NCBI GenBank assembly: GCA_032718475.1 | Contig: JAUCBJ010003966.1 | Span: 1 to 64,000, forward strand | Reading direction: 5' to 3' | Source of the DNA: Nemertoderma westbladi | Lineage: Eukaryota > Animalia > Xenacoelomorpha | DNA length: 64,000 bases | Shown: positions 63,542 through 64,000 of the stretch, in pieces | Layout of the letters: every line of letters starts with the position of its first letter | Numbering within the stretch: the stretch's first letter is position 1 | The notes under the pieces: model-generated | Database searches by the model: none | What the model was told of the DNA's origin: nothing | The model's input: only the letters and a program-made list of their open reading frames with translations | Program-made: the position numbers and the translations under genes

Positions 63542-63940
63542 ATGGCAACCAACGATTATTGGCTGGTGTTACGATTAACCATGGGATTTTTATACATTTC
63601 AATAGGACTTACTAAACTGTGGCCGGAGAATATGAGTCCTGACCTGCACCAGTTTATGCTGGCCAAGTTCGTAAAGTTCGCTCCCCATTCTCCTACAGCA
63701 GTAGTCGGACTCTACAAACCCACAGCCTATGAGTTTATGATCGCTACCGGTGTATTTAATGTGGTTGTAGGAGTCGCATTACTAATAGGGTCTCCTATAA
63801 TTAGACTCATTTCCATGGTGTCTCTGTTACCATTGATGGTGTCTGCAGTGCCAATGAACTTGTATTACGAAGAACCAGCTCGTCCTGCAGTTATATGTTT
63901 ATTGCTAATAGTTATAATGTTGTGGAAAAGAAAATATTAG
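63542..63940 (+). CDS. TMEM35B: TMEM35B/NACHO-family (DoxX-like) multi-pass membrane protein, 132 aa
   Basis: VLRLTMGFLYISIGLTKL...FVKFAPHSP..VVGLYKP....IATG...G..LLIGSP..R.IS...L.LM.SA is collinear with human TMEM35B (VLRVLLGGFFALVGLAKL...FVQFAEVFP..VFGYQP....IAVG...GPP). Confidence 0.8.
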   Translation: MATNDYWLVLRLTMGFLYISIGLTKLWPENMSPDLHQFMLAKFVKFAPHSPTAVVGLYKPTAYEFMIATGVFNVVVGVALLIGSPIIRLISMVSLLPLMVSAVPMNLYYEEPARPAVICLLLIVIMLWKRKY

Positions 63941-64000
63941 GTATATAATTTACCGATGTCAAGTATAACTTTCCGCTGTTATATAACTTGGCAGTTTACC

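Overview
AT-rich eukaryotic (animal-like) genomic DNA, about two thirds tandem repeat. The main gene is the 3' two-thirds of a minus-strand pyruvate carboxylase: 12 exons at 57087..22573, all GT-AG and in phase, with the 5' exons outside the window. Other genes are an intronless CDC26 (APC/C subunit), a TMEM35B-like gene probably nested antisense in a PC intron, and an intact, intronless 703-aa glycoprotein resembling herpesvirus gB and other class III viral fusogens. Two LINE remnants and several nested TIR/foldback elements are also present. Two observations stand out. (1) Four PC introns are filled by satellites whose unit is a copy of the gene's own splice junction (two donor arrays, two acceptor arrays), giving roughly 480 decoy splice sites. 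(2) The gB-like fusogen is a lone ORF with no gag/pol next to it and a CCAAT-box array upstream. All family assignments are by eye from remembered motifs; no database search was run.
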